Below, one piece after another: positions 12,441-25,020 of a DNA stretch of 64,000 nt (within the stretch, counting starts at the first letter, position 1; each line of letters begins with the position of its first letter). Source of the stretch: Chara braunii. Lineage: Eukaryota > Plantae > Charophyceae. Location of the stretch: contig BFEA01000026.1 in assembly GCA_003427395.1 (NCBI GenBank), forward strand, positions 4,142,404 through 4,206,403. Reading direction: 5' to 3'. The notes under the pieces are model-generated. The model made no database searches, was not told the DNA's origin, and saw only the letters and a list, made by a program, of their open reading frames with translations. The translations under genes and the position numbers were made by a program.

Positions 12441-13400
12441 CGGATTCATCGTGCTGACCCACAGATTCATCGTGCTCACCCACGGATTCATCGTGTTGAC
12501 CCACAGACTAAACGTGTTGACCCACAAATTCAAAAACAAATCAAACAAATAAACAGTAGTAAATAAACAAAAAAGGCTCGAAGAGTGTGATTACTGTTGG
12601 AACATATTTACACAGGTGTCTGTAAATTCAGGTGCAAAAATCGTAGAGTGTATCAAAATCCTGCATCCTTTACCCATGGACTAACGGTGTTGACCCACGG
12701 ACTAAATGTGTTGACCCACAGATTAAACGTGTTGACCCACGGACTACACGTGTTGACCCACGAATTCATCGTGTTGACCCACAAACTCAGGATGTTGACC
12801 CACAAACTCATGATGTCGACCCACAAATTCATGATGTTGACCCAGAGATTAAACGTGTTGACCCATGGATCCATCGTGTTGACCCACGGATTCATCATAT
12901 CGACCCACGGATTCATCGTGTTGACCCACGGACTACACATGTTGACCCACAGATTAAACGTGTTGACCCATGGACTAAATGTGTTGACCCACGGATTCAT
13001 CGTGTTGACCACGTATTCATCGTGTTGACCCACGGACTACACGTGTTGGCCCACCGACTAAACGTGTTGACCCACGGACTAAATAGTTGACCGACGGACT
13101 AAACGTGTTGACCCACAGATTAAACATGTTGACCCATGGACTAAATGTGTTGACCCACGGATTCATCGTGTTGACCACGGATTCATCGTGTTGACCCACG
13201 GACTAAGTGTGTTGACCCACAGACTAAACGTGTTGACCCATGGATTAAACGTGTTGACCCATGGATTAAACGTGTTGACCCACGGATTCATCATGTTGAC
13301 CGACGGATTCATCGTGTTGACCGACGGATTCATCGTGTTGACCGACGGATTCATCGTGTTGGCTCACGGACTAAACGTGTTGACCCACGCGGACTAAACA
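12441..13400. repeat. 21-bp minisatellite, consensus GTGTTGACCCACGGA(TTCATC/CTAAAC), interrupted at about 12530-12670
   Basis: Roughly 35-40 units; conserved TGTTGACCCA core with a few alternating variant halves. Confidence 0.95.
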
Positions 13401-13929
13401 TTCGGACACGCTGGACATTGCTGAGTGCTTCACAGTGCCCTGGACACTCGCTATCCTGATAAAAATTTAATCGGAGAACTCGTCCAAATGCTGAGCATTG
13501 TCTTCTTTTTTTTTTTTCCCAGATTTTTCTTAGAAAGGGCAACGGCCTTGAGGTATCATTACCGAGCTGACTGGCCCAAGGTAAGTTCAGAATTGTACTA
13601 GTTTTGCTCTCAGCGGCGTTCGAACTCCGCACCTGGTCTGTATTTCAACAGTTCGTTCAGGGGTGCACCAATGGATCTAGTCGATGTGGTAAAGAGTCTA
13701 AGGACCAAGCATTGTTAACTGATTTCGTTAAACAACCGCTACCCCCGCCAGCCAAAAGAGGGATTTCCGGAGAGTTAGGGCCGCAGAAAACAGTAGGGCG
13801 GCGGCGACCGGCAGGCGCAGGTGAGGCCAGTACCGCAATTTTCAAGCACCAACTTTGGCGATTTTCCACGATGAGAAGAATTGACGAAAAAAAAAAGAAA
13901 ATTTAAGATCCTGTAGATTAGGTTGTGAT

Positions 13930-14019
13930 CATAGTTGCGGCGCACCTCGGTGCGCAGATTTGACAACCACGCGCACCGCACATCGCACCGAAGCGCACCG
14001 CACTGGAAAAATTAGGTTC

Positions 14020-14050
<31 letters not shown>

Positions 14051-15063
14051 GGGGTGTGGTAAGTTCTTAGCGCCCACAACTCGGCAAAAATCCTAAAAAG
14101 TCACCGCGTAAGTTCAGAAACCGGCCACACCCCCGGCCCCAAAAAAACATTTTGGCTCAAGGGCTGCCGCATTTCGATTTCCGCAGGCCCTTCCCCCAAA
14201 AGTTTCAAAATGGCGAGTCATGAAAAAATGGTAAAATACTATTAAAATAGTAAAATACTAAAATACTAAAATAGGGCTAATTCCAACTTTTTTTTGGGGG
14301 GCGGGGTGTGGAAACTGGCCTTCCCCCTCCCTTCCGCAAATCCCACACAGTGGTGGGAAAAATTCGCAAGAAGCAAGAAGGGGGTAGTTGCCCAATAGCG
14401 ACCTACCCCGCAAAGCTTCGCCGAAGTAACAAGATCTGTTGTGCACGGCCAGCCGACCACCAATATATATATGCTGAAGATTGGCATTCAGGTCTGCATG
14501 TCGGCACTTATGGGTTAGGAACTTAGGACTGAACTTAGGATGAAGACGCCTGTAGCTCTCTCATTCTTTTGATTTTGTTTTCTTATGAATAAGCACAGAG
14601 GGGCCTGCTCCACCACTCACCACATGCACAAAAGACATAGCATATGGCGGTGTACGTTTCCATGTTTTAACAGAAGATTCATTCTACTAATGTTATATAC
14701 CATAGTTGCAGCGCACGGGGCCGGCAGGTGCGCAGCGCGCTGGAATGACAGCGCGCGCACTGTGCGCTGTGCACAGTGCGCAGTGCACGCGCTGAGGGAG
14801 GTGCACCCTGTGCGCAAGAAAAAAAAAAAAAAAAAATCACGTGGAGACACGAACAGGGTCTAGCTGAATTTGTGACCCATAACTGCCAAGCTACAGCCCT
14901 GAACTCGAACCCACAACATATATTCGTGATCTGCTCCCACCTCCTCCACATACGTTGTTGCCATCCTTCTCGTTGAAGCAGTGGTCCTCAATGACTCCAG
15001 ATTTATCATAGGAGCCATTCGAGGTACCTGCAGGGGCCCTCAAATTGACGTGAAGGGGACCCT

Positions 15064-15121
<58 letters not shown>

Positions 15122-15122
15122 N

Positions 15123-15197
<75 letters not shown>

Positions 15198-15440
15198 CGC
15201 GCGCGCGCGCACATGCGCACGCGCCGGGGCATTGTTTGTTTTTTGTTTTGTTTGTTTTTTTTGCGCACAGGGCGCACCTCCCTCAGCCCACGCACTGCGC
15301 ACAGCGGACCGCACGGCGCACAGTGCGCGCGCTGTCATTCCAGTGGGCAGCGCACTGCGCACAGCGGACCGCACGGCACACAGTACGCGCGCTGTCATTC
15401 CAGCGGGCAGCCCACTGCGCACTGGTGCGCCGAAACTATG
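13930..15440. mobile_element. Non-autonomous hAT-superfamily element (~1.51 kb)
   Basis: TIR CATAGTTGCGGCGCACC / GGTGCGCCGAAACTATG (16/17 match). Exact 8-bp TSD GTTGTGAT at 13922-13929 and 15441-15448. GCGCAC subterminal repeats. Confidence 0.85.
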
Positions 15441-15970
15441 GTTGTGATCTATCCAGGAAAAATATCACAAAAAAAATAAAAAAATTGACCACAAATAAGT
15501 GCCACCCCGATTCGTTGCATTTTCCATTTTTGCCACTCGACCACTTGTTGGTCGACGGAAAAAGTACCCCAACTTCCGAGACTTTTTGCGGTCAGAAGAA
15601 TGATGCAAAAGCTCTGAAAATTGGAGGGCCTGTAGATTTCGTCGCAACCTGTCCAGGAAAAACATTTAAAAATATTTAAAATTTTGTTTCAAATGCGAAA
15701 TAAATTGTGGCAGCAATTCGACGCATTTTCCATTTTTGCCACTCGGCCGGTTCTCCCCACTGTGCTACCGGTAGTCCTCATGAACCTCTGCTACCGCCCC
15801 CCCCCCCTAGCTTAGGACGGCGGGGCTAGTGGTGGTTTAAAAGAATGGAGAAAAAAAACGAAGAAGAAACAAAGCGAGAAAGTAGGCAGCGATCTTGAGG
15901 GTTCACAAAACATGAATGGCACTTTAAAGGAATGGCATTCTCTAACCTGGGAATGAACAACTAAGGCACC

Positions 15971-18900
15971 TCATTGACCGTATTCGACACCCGTCCAGGA
16001 ATTGGTTCGGCCAACTGGCATCGTTGCAGGTGCAATGCTTTCCCGCACGCCACGCGTGTTGTATGCTGACTCAATGACCACCTCCATAGAATTCTCCTGA
16101 TCATTGTCATCACTTGAAGCTCCATCGGTGGCGGTTCCTTCGTCGGAGACGGCGAGATCCTTTTCCAATCGTTCGTCGCTATCTACCTGTATGCACCCAT
16201 TCCTCAGAGCAATGCCTCCCTGATGAAAAGACTGTGGCTGTGAATGTTTGTGCTTTGCGCTTCCACTCCCACCATTCGAAACCGCTCCAATCAAGCCCCT
16301 CCCGTCGCATCCACCACCGGCTCCACTGCCCCCACCTGCATCAGATGCAGTGGAGCCCCTGTTGCGCATGACTCCCATGGTCTCAGCCAGTGCAACTCCA
16401 GTATCGATGGCCGCAGGCGACAGTTTTCCACCCCTGTCACCGACTGCAGGCAGGCCACTCGGCAACAAGCGGACGTCGTTAGTGCGACAGAGTTGATCGC
16501 TGCCCCGTAGATGCTGCTGCGGAGGCGGCGGTTGGTCCAGTGCATGCTCCCTCTGTGGCTGCGCAGGTCGTTCCTCCTCCGAACCCAAGCTTCGTGTGGC
16601 TTCCTGGGCAGTCGCACCTTTGGATTGCGGCATTGCTGGTGAGAATTGCTGGAAACTGGTCATCAGCTGTGCCCAGAAGGGGGTCACCGCTGAACCTGAA
16701 GGCAGGCTGGCTTGCTGACTACCTCCGTTGCATGCGCACGGAATCAATGCCGGCTGCCGCACGTAGCCATTTTCCGAAAGCGCACCTGGCACCCCCCCCC
16801 CCCCCCTCCCCCTCCCCTTCCTTGTGCTTCCTGGCTCTGAACAAGGATAGCAGCTAGGAATGCCATCATATTTTGCTGCCCTTCAGCGATCTGGGCCTGA
16901 ATCTGCATCATGCTCGTCTGGTAGTCAAGCTGCATCTTCATCATGCGCCCCAGCCATTCCCGCATCTCCTGATCGCGCCGCTCTTCCCACGACACTGGCC
17001 TCTCAAGCTCTCTGTCCCTTTCAATCACATCCTTCAGCTCTCTCACGGTCCTGACCTCTCTGGCGTCCCTCACCTCTCTGCCATTTCTAGCATCCCGCAC
17101 CTCCTTTCCTTCTCTGCCATCGCGGACCTCTCTGACATCTCTGACATCCCTTACGTCCCTCGCATCCCTGACAACATCTCTGGCATCCCTGACATCTCTG
17201 ACATCTCTCGCATCCCTGACATCATCTCTGACCTCTCTCACATCTCTCGCATCCCTGACATCTCTCATGTCCCTCGCATTCCGAGCCTCTCGCAGGTCCC
17301 TTCCATCCCTCGCATCCCTCATGTCCCTTATGTCTACCGCATCTCTCACGTCTCTCACTTCCCTCGAATCTCGCAGCTCCCGTACATCCCTCGGATCTCT
17401 TCGGTCCCTTATGTCCCTTGTGTCCCTTGTGTCCCTTGTGTCCCTCGTGTCCCTTACATCTCTCACATCCCTCAGGTCCCTTACATCTCGCATATCTCTG
17501 ACGTCCCTTGCATCTCTACCCTCCCTCGGATCCCTGATATCCCTTGCATCTCTAAGGTCCTTGACATCCCTTGTGTCCCGGACGTCCCTTGTGTCCCGGA
17601 CGTCCCTCACATCCCTTGCCTCCCTCCCGTCTCCTCCTGCGGGATGATCCCTTCCATCCCTTACATCCCGCACATCCCTGCTTTCTCTCGCCGCCACCAC
17701 TCTGCCGCTTTCCCTGACCCCATCCCTCTCCACCTCCCTGCTGGTCCACCGTCTTTCCCCTCCCTCGCATTCCACAACCCTCACTGTCCCCTGCGTTTCC
17801 CACCTTTCATTTGTGTTCGCCTCCCTCTCCGCGCCCCGCTGTCGGTTGTCAATGACTATCACGCCCGGGGAGTTCTGCTTCTCCCGGAACACCACCCTGC
17901 CAATGATCGGTGCCTCGTTTACACTGTTATTGGCACACTCCCCTCCTACGGAGCGCCCACCCCCTTCAGGAGATCCATGGTCATCCCCCATACCGCCACT
18001 CATAGCTTGGAAACCACCAGCTTTGCCATCCCTTTCAATTCCAGTCCCATCTTGGACCTCCCAGGCAACACCATTCACTACATGCAGCCCTCTTGTGCTC
18101 CCCAATCCAGATGCAATGCCCACCCCGCGGATAAGCCCTCCCAAGGCCTCAACACCTCCAGACGCACCTCTTACTCTGGCCCTTCCATCTCCTCCCCCGA
18201 GCCCGCCACCTCCTCCCGCGATCCGTCCGATCTCCCTCAGGTCTCGCTCCTTTATCCGTCTCTTTGGCGAAGGATGTGCATAGTTCACCCCCTCCCCATC
18301 CATCTGCTCATCACTTTCCCCATCAACCTCCCCCCCTTTTTCTCCATCCTCCTCTCCACGCCCATTTGCCTCCTCTGCCATCCTCGTTGCACCTTTCAGT
18401 CCCACTACAAGCCCTGCATCCGATGCCTGCACATCAGTTATCCCCGGCATCGGCTCGTCCCCGAAAACTTCCCGATACTTGGAAAAATTGGCCCAATGGT
18501 AGTTCCCATCCTGCCAATCATAGTATTCCTTTTCCTCGACGAGCCCGTTCCCATTCACGCTCTCCACAAGCCTCCTGATTTTCTGCCTCACCCCAAGATA
18601 CTGCCCCCTCATGTTCTGAACCTTGATCGCAACCTCTCGCCACGACCATTCATACGGGTAACCCTCCGGGTCGCGTCGGTGATGAAGGTCGTTCACATGT
18701 TGCGCTATTGGCTCGAACTTCTTTTGCCGCGTCTTCATCTTAAGCATAACCCCCGACGTCAACATGTCCGCATACTTCTGTATCAAGTTCTCCTCCTCCT
18801 CTTCGGTCCACTTCTTCCGGGGCTTGGCACTAAGGGACCGCCGCAGCAAGCGCACAGATTTCGGTCGACCACGTTTCCGTCCCCTCATGTACTGCACTGC

Positions 18901-18993
18901 CAAACTTGCGACATTGTGATTAGTGTTCGCCACGGCTGCCGTGACCTGCGATATCACGCCATTATGATTCTCGAGGGCCATGGGTTCTCCCAT
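15971..18993 (-). CDS. Trihelix-like (Myb/SANT) DNA-binding protein with AT-hook, RD-rich tract and C-terminal coiled coil. Probable frameshift in the C15 run at 16792-16806; the start may lie further upstream in or beyond the N gap
   Basis: RKRGRPKS AT-hook. KKWTEEEEENLIQKY...KMKTRQKKFEPIAQHVNDLHH.RDP..YPYEWSWREVAIKVQNMRGQY....QKI...DW.DG..HWANF.KY.EVFGD is a plant trihelix/Myb-SANT-type domain. Coiled coil EWLGRMMKMQLDYQTSMMQIQAQ. As assembled the frame stops at 16744, while a 273-codon ORF (15971-16792) begins exactly at the homopolymer. Confidence 0.85.
17040..17680 (-). repeat. Coding 9-bp repeat encoding (R-D/E-X)n
   Basis: Translation RDVRDTRDARDIRDMRDGRDL..., roughly 60 tripeptides. 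Confidence 0.9.
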
Positions 18994-21555
18994 CCTTGCC
19001 ACCCTTGCCACTTTCCCTTCCCCCCACAACCNNNNNNNNNNNNNNNNNNNNNNNNNNNNNNNNNNNNNNNNNNNNNNNNNNNNNNNNNNNNNNNNNNNNN
19101 NNNNNNNNNNNNNNNNNNNNNNNNNNNNNNNNNNNNNNNNNNNNNNNNNNNNNNNNNNNNNNNNNNNNNNNNNNNNNNNNNNNNNNNNNNNNNNNNNNNN
19201 NNNNNNNNNNNNNNNNNNNNNNNNNNNNNNNNNNNNNNNNNNNNNNNNNNNNNNNNNNNNNNNNNNNNNNNNNNNNNNNNNNNNNNNNNNNNNNNNNNNN
19301 NNNNNNNNNNNNNNNNNNNNNNNNNNNNNNNNNNNNNNNNNNNNNNNNNNNNNNNNNNNNNNNNNNNNNNNNNNNNNNNNNNNNNNNNNNNNNNNNNNNN
19401 NNNNNNNNNNNNNNNNNNNNNNNNNNNNNNNNNNNNNNNNNNNNNNNNNNNNNNNNNNNNNNNNNNNNNNNNNNNNNNNNNNNNNNNNNNNNNNNNNNNN
19501 NNNNNNNNNNNNNNNNNNNNNNNNNNNNNNNNNNNNNNNNNNNNNCTTGTCCCACCACCTCCTCAACACTCGTCTCCACGCCCCCCCTCCCACCCCCTCC
19601 TCTTCCGCCCCTTCACCCTCCAATAGTCAAAGCCAATGAGACCGAGACCCCATGCCAGAGGACTGGTAAAAGGGCCGACGTATGGAGTGATGACACAGTT
19701 GCAACCACAGAGCAGATAGCTTATACAGCGTTATCCTCGCCATTCCCTGCTTGAGCAGCTGCATGCTAGGATGTGGAAACCTAAGTGGCGTGCAGCGACA
19801 ACAACAGGTAGTGGCAGTTTGGAACCGACGAAGTCCGTCAACACTCATCAAAAACAAAACTTGCATTCCCTTGTCACGCACAGTACCCCCCGCAACCCCC
19901 CTCCTTCATACCCCACCCACCACCTCTCACAGAAAGCGGCGGTCAGATGTCCTGCACATGAAATCCACAAGCAACAGCCACAAACTGACTGTCAGGACTC
20001 AGAAGCAGATGGAGCTGCCCCCAGCAACCACCTTGCACCGCCGAATTATTAAACATAGGTCAGCTAACCACACACTACAGTGCCACCATTCCACAAGCAA
20101 CAGCAAGAAACCAACTGCCAGGACTTAGACGTAAATACACCACCACCTCAGGAATCAGAGGGTATCTAGCTGCTGGGTGCAGATGCTCATATCACTCCCC
20201 CACAGTAGACTCAGCCGAAATGTTTTTTTTTTTTTTTTTTTTTTTTTTTTTGGGGGGGGGGGGGGTTTTTTTTTTGCAGGCCCCGACCGTCGTGTCGCTT
20301 CGCCGGCGACCGGTAGCGTGCAGTGGTGGGGGGTGGACGTCGGCACGTTGGCTGGGGGAGGGGAAGAGGTAGGTACGTTCACATCACTTGTGTCGAGTAT
20401 CGAATAAGCAAAAAGAACATGCGCCAGGAAAGAAACCAGGCGCTGAGTTCGACAAAGCAATGAAAATAACCAACGGTCATGGTGTCCAGGTGGGTGTCGT
20501 AGTTATACAAGGCTCGGCCATGGTGTCAGATGGGGAAAGGAAAAAAAAAAAAAAAAAAAAAAAAAGCCCAACGGATATACTTTTCGGCCCAAGTTGCCGT
20601 TTCGAAGTCGGCGCCCGTTTTCTTCGCCGTTGTTTCAAAAAATAAAAAACAGAGAGTGTCCGATTCCAGAGTACAAATGAATCACATTAATTACCGAACA
20701 ATGGCGACCGACCAACAGCATGCGACATCACTCACATCGCCACACAAGCCAATGGAGCTGTTCCCAGCGACCACCTTGCATCGCCGAATTATTAAACACA
20801 GGTCAGCTAACCACACACCATAATGCCACTATTGCTGAGCGATCGTCGGCCCATCGACCATCAGTAGGCCCTACCAGGTACACCGTGTACCATCTACACG
20901 CGGCTATGGCCCAGTTAGTGGTACCCTATCCCGCACTGCAAATAAGACGAAGGAGGAGAGCTTATCGGGGCCATCAGATACTCGCATTATGGTAAACATT
21001 GAGCACAGAAACATGGCAACGACTTACACTAGGCTGTCATCTGTACCCCTATGCATCTACTCAAGTAGTACTGCAACTACTCTGCCTCGTCTTCGGAGCG
21101 TTCTGCAATCTTCCCCCGACCACCATGCACCCTCGTCGTGACAATACCAGAATATCGGGTAGGACAGATACAGTCCACCTATTCACGACTAGTGTGGGCT
21201 GTGTTCGGGGGGACGAGGGCATCAGCCTGACAATGACCCCACCGACATACATAGCCGGTGCAAGGTCCCAGCATGCCAGGCACGCGAGCAAGTCGTGGAA
21301 ACTTGCAGGTGCAGACTGGCCTTCCTCCACGGACGACTACCTTCTTCCCCGGGACACAGCGCCCCCCCCAAGCATCGGGACGGTACCGGGACCACAACAG
21401 ATCTGTATATGTTCATGACGGCGATGCATTTACCGTTCACGGCGTCCAGGGGAAGATGTTAGCTGCTCTGATGACACACCATTTTGAGGAGATCTTCAGA
21501 CTCTCCCACAGCCGGCTGGCCTTTGACAACACAGGTCAGGAGGATATGGCCCTCA

Positions 21556-21698
21556 GGCCTCGCTCCATTACAGAACCCTCTACATGCATTTGGACACTGT
21601 CTGCACCAGATACATTCCAAATGTTCGACTCGTCCGAAAGCACGTGGTCGAGAAAGCGTCCAAATGCATGAACAGTGTTGTGTAGTGGAGCGAGGCCC
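21556..21698. mobile_element. Tourist/Harbinger-like MITE family B (~143 bp)
   Basis: TIR GGCCTCGCTCCATTAC / GTAGTGGAGCGAGGCCC, internal inverted CATGCATTTGGAC/GTCCAAATGCATG, 3-bp TSD TCA. Confidence 0.75.
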
Positions 21699-21767
21699 TC
21701 ATTTGCAGCCAATTCAGATGCATCAGGGGAGCAGATCGAGGACACTAATAACAACAGCACCGGACTA

Positions 21768-21881
21768 CCATCTTCACCCGAACAGAACGCCTAGTCATTA
21801 CAGCTGTATGTGGTGCAAACCTTCAGTCCGGATACAGTGATAATGACCATCAGGCGTTCTGTTCTGTTCGCGTGAAGACGG
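21768..21881. mobile_element. MITE family A copy (diverged)
   Basis: TA-CCATCTTCACCCGAAC...CGTGAAGACGG-TA. Confidence 0.75.
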
Positions 21882-22003
21882 TAGACTCCCACAGGTGAAG
21901 AGCAAAAAGGGGAAAAAAATAGCGACTTGGTACGCGCGCACCAAATCCATGAGCGGAGGGTTTCTCGAGTCCGAACTCCAAACACAACGGACACGGACAT
22001 CTC

Positions 22004-22149
22004 GTGCCTCACTCCACTACACAACACTGTACATGCATTTGGACGCTTGAGGAACCAGGTCCATTCGGACGATTCCAACGTTGTGAATGTATTCGGCCAA
22101 GAAAAAGCGTCCAAATGCATGTACAGTGTTCTGAAGTGGAGCGAGGCCC
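22004..22149. mobile_element. MITE family B copy
   Basis: GTGCCTCACTCCACTAC...AAGTGGAGCGAGGCCC with the same internal inverted motifs. Confidence 0.7.
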
Positions 22150-23099
22150 TATGGCATGCAGGCGTTACAGGACTTAATGAACACATGACGCAAGCACTGA
22201 AGCTCGATACACTCCGAATGCCCCTCAGTTCTATCTGTGACGAAGACTCGAAGAGTAAGCTGGGCGTCATGGGGTTCACAAAACCGCACCACACATGACA
22301 AAAGCACCGCGCGGCAAAGCGAATGAGATCTCACCGATTTCATCAAGCACCGATTTGTTTTCCTTTTCCCACGTCTTTTCTCACCGCTTGTCATTGAAGG
22401 AAAGACATTCTCAGAAGATCATTTCGCCAAAAAACAACAGAAAAAAGAAGAGGATCATTTTGCCCTTATTTGAAGTTTACTTTTTCATATGATGCTTTGG
22501 CACTCCTCACCTGCTTTGTGCTCCCTAATTCGGATGCTTTCTTTTTTTGGAGGACCTTCCTCCTGTAGAAGCCTAGCTACGTTCACAAAAAGGATATTCG
22601 CGCAGCAAAAGAAAATGTCTCTCTCTTTGGAGCAAAATAAAAATAATAAAATAAGAAGAGTTTTCAATCTTAACGAATCAGTTCAAATCACTGACAAGAG
22701 CATACTCGAACCAGGAGTTTAGCGACTGATTCTGGCCATAATCACAATCAACTGCGTTCACCACGGTCATAATCCCAGTCGAATGCATCCGGATCATCCT
22801 AGGAACCATTTAATGCCACTTGCAATTGCCTTTTATTCTTTTCTTTTCTTTTCTTTGTTTTGGAGACGGAGGAGGGGGCGGGGGGGAGGAGGGGCGTATT
22901 GCCTTTTTGTTGACGTGGTTCGAGTATATTTCAAGTGTGACTACGTCCACCCCTGAACTGTTGAAACTTGAAATACGGACCCCGTTCGAACTCCACTGGA
23001 AGCAGATGAGAAAAATACTACAATTCCAAATTAGGAAATTACTTAGGGCCAATCAGTTCAATGATTCTATCTCAAGGCCGTTGCCCTTTCTAAGAAGGT

Positions 23100-23135
<36 letters not shown>

Positions 23136-23325
23136 TGCAAGAAACAAGGCTTGGCAGCTCAAATGATGACGTGTCAGATACTACAAGCTACAAGGACCAG
23201 CCAAATATAATCACTCACCTCAGTCACCTGCAATTTTTAAACCCCTCTGGTTCTGCAACCCTCCCGCGGCCCCGTCCAAGACCCGTAAGCGTGTGGGGTT
23301 CCGACCTCAGGGCATGCTCACACTA

Positions 23326-23412
23326 CCTTCAGTCATTGTATCTCTGTATTGGGGATATCTTTCAGTCTAAATACAGGAATGATTACCGTACGTTCTATTC
23401 GGGGGAAGAAGG
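23326..23412. mobile_element. MITE family A copy, internally deleted
   Basis: TA-CCTTC...TCTTTCAGTCTAAATACAG...TTCGGGGGAAGAAGG-TA. Confidence 0.7.
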
Positions 23413-23889
23413 TAGTAGGTTCCTAACTGTATCCGACAGCAATTACGGTCACACCTGGATGAATCGGACTGTGATCGCCTCCAGAGCTCAGCAAAAAAGA
23501 AAAAGAAAAGAAAAAAAAAAACAGGTCCTATATACTGTCAGTATGCCCTACAGAATGACAATCATCAGAGTTAGATTTGATGTCAGTTGGTCTGATTTGA
23601 TTTGATTCGGTTCGCGATTTGATTGCAATTCAAAGCGAACAAAAAGTTTCACAAAAAGCTCTCCGTCAATCGCCTGGCAAATAAAATCTCTGCACCATAC
23701 CCCCAAGCAACACTGGGCATAAACTATACGATTCCCCCCCCCCCCCCCAAAAAAAAAAAAAAAAAAAAAAAAAACTTACGATGGTTGACTGCCCGCGAAG
23801 ATTATTTTTTTCAACCCAAAATTGCTACTACTCGTATCATGGAGGAGAGAATTCCAAAGACCGCCACTGTCGCGTAGAGACCAAAGCTA

Positions 23890-23989
23890 CCGTCTTCACC
23901 CGATACAACATACGGTCATTATATTTGGGGTGTTTCACAGAGTCTAAATATGGAAATAACGACCTTACGTTGTGTTCGGGTGAAGACGA
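23890..23989. mobile_element. MITE family A copy
   Basis: TA-CCGTCTTCACCCGATACAAC...GTTGTGTTCGGGTGAAGACGA-TA. Confidence 0.75.
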
Positions 23990-24733
23990 TAGTAGATTGA
24001 CTCTGACGGGGCCAAACGAGACAAACAGATCAGCAATCGGCGGCCGTGCGACAGATCAGCAATCAGCGGCGGTGCAGCAGATCAGTAATCCGCGGTGACG
24101 CAACAGATTCGCTTCTTGCTTCAAAAGTGGCCTTTGAAAGTTTCGTGAATAATTTTTTTCGACTCGATATCAAAACAAAACCCATTCAACCTACGAGCCC
24201 CTAGAATTTCTTCCTCGTTATTATTTATTATTATTATTATAATAAAGCTAAATTTTGTTCTGAAATTAACACGGTGAATAGTAAAACGCCAAATAGAACG
24301 AGCTCGCACATTCCATCATGCGTGCGATGAACTTCAAGTAAGGACATTTGGATGCATGAGAGAACAAGGTGGGAGTCATCTTCACAGTACTACCTCCCTT
24401 GGGTGTGCACGTGGTCAGGAGCAGCAAGGACAGATGTATAAGTTACAGGATGAGTCCAGAACGAATGAGCAGTATAGCCTGTGAACGCACCTGAAAAGGT
24501 CCCCTGTATGCAAGGCACCTTCCACAAGCTGAGGGGCAGATGGGACGGCGGATGCACCCAAGAGCCTAGCTCAGTGGGGACCACACCCATGAACTGTTAA
24601 AATACAGACCCCAGTTTGAATCCAAATGATGGAACTTGATGACTAAAACCAAATATTTTCTGAATTGCCCGGGGTCGGTCAGCTCAATGATGATATCTCA
24701 AGGCCGTCGCCTTTATTTAAAAAAAAAAAAAAA

Positions 24734-25020
24734 GGGAACATTTTTGAAATGCCCCTCCGACTTCCATGTATTTGCGGTACGCCCCTCAGATGGCCGACTT
24801 ACCCTTTCATGCCCCTGGGGCCTCTGAACTTTCCAGCAGGCCCCTGTAGCAACGGGTGCAACTTTCTAGCATGCCCCTGTGGTCGTCGGTGGCACTCGCG
24901 GCTGTTCCCCTGGCCCGGGGCTGTCGGTAGGGACATATTGAACATATTTCAGGTCCAAACGACACCAGGGGTTTTTCAGAAACTTCAATCGTTGTTAGAG
25001 GGGCGCGACAGGGTAAGTTG
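24734..25020. mobile_element. Right-truncated copy of the Mutator-like element at 37264-37662
   Basis: Collinear similarity: GGGAACATTTTTGAAATGCCCCT, GGCCGACTTACCCT, CACCAGGGGTTTTTC, GGGCGCGACAGG.TAAGT. Confidence 0.7.

Noticed and set aside
12441-13400. CRISPR-like array or heptad-repeat protein (VLTHGLN)n
   Set aside because: Variable parts are only ~8 bp and are reused rather than unique. There are no cas genes, the context is eukaryotic, and 20-bp units break the frame.
16873-19626. Long plus-strand ORF (917 aa including Ns)
   Set aside because: Codon-aligned antisense shadow of the trihelix ORF. It stays open because the sense frame lacks TTA/CTA/TCA codons, and it shows no domain features.
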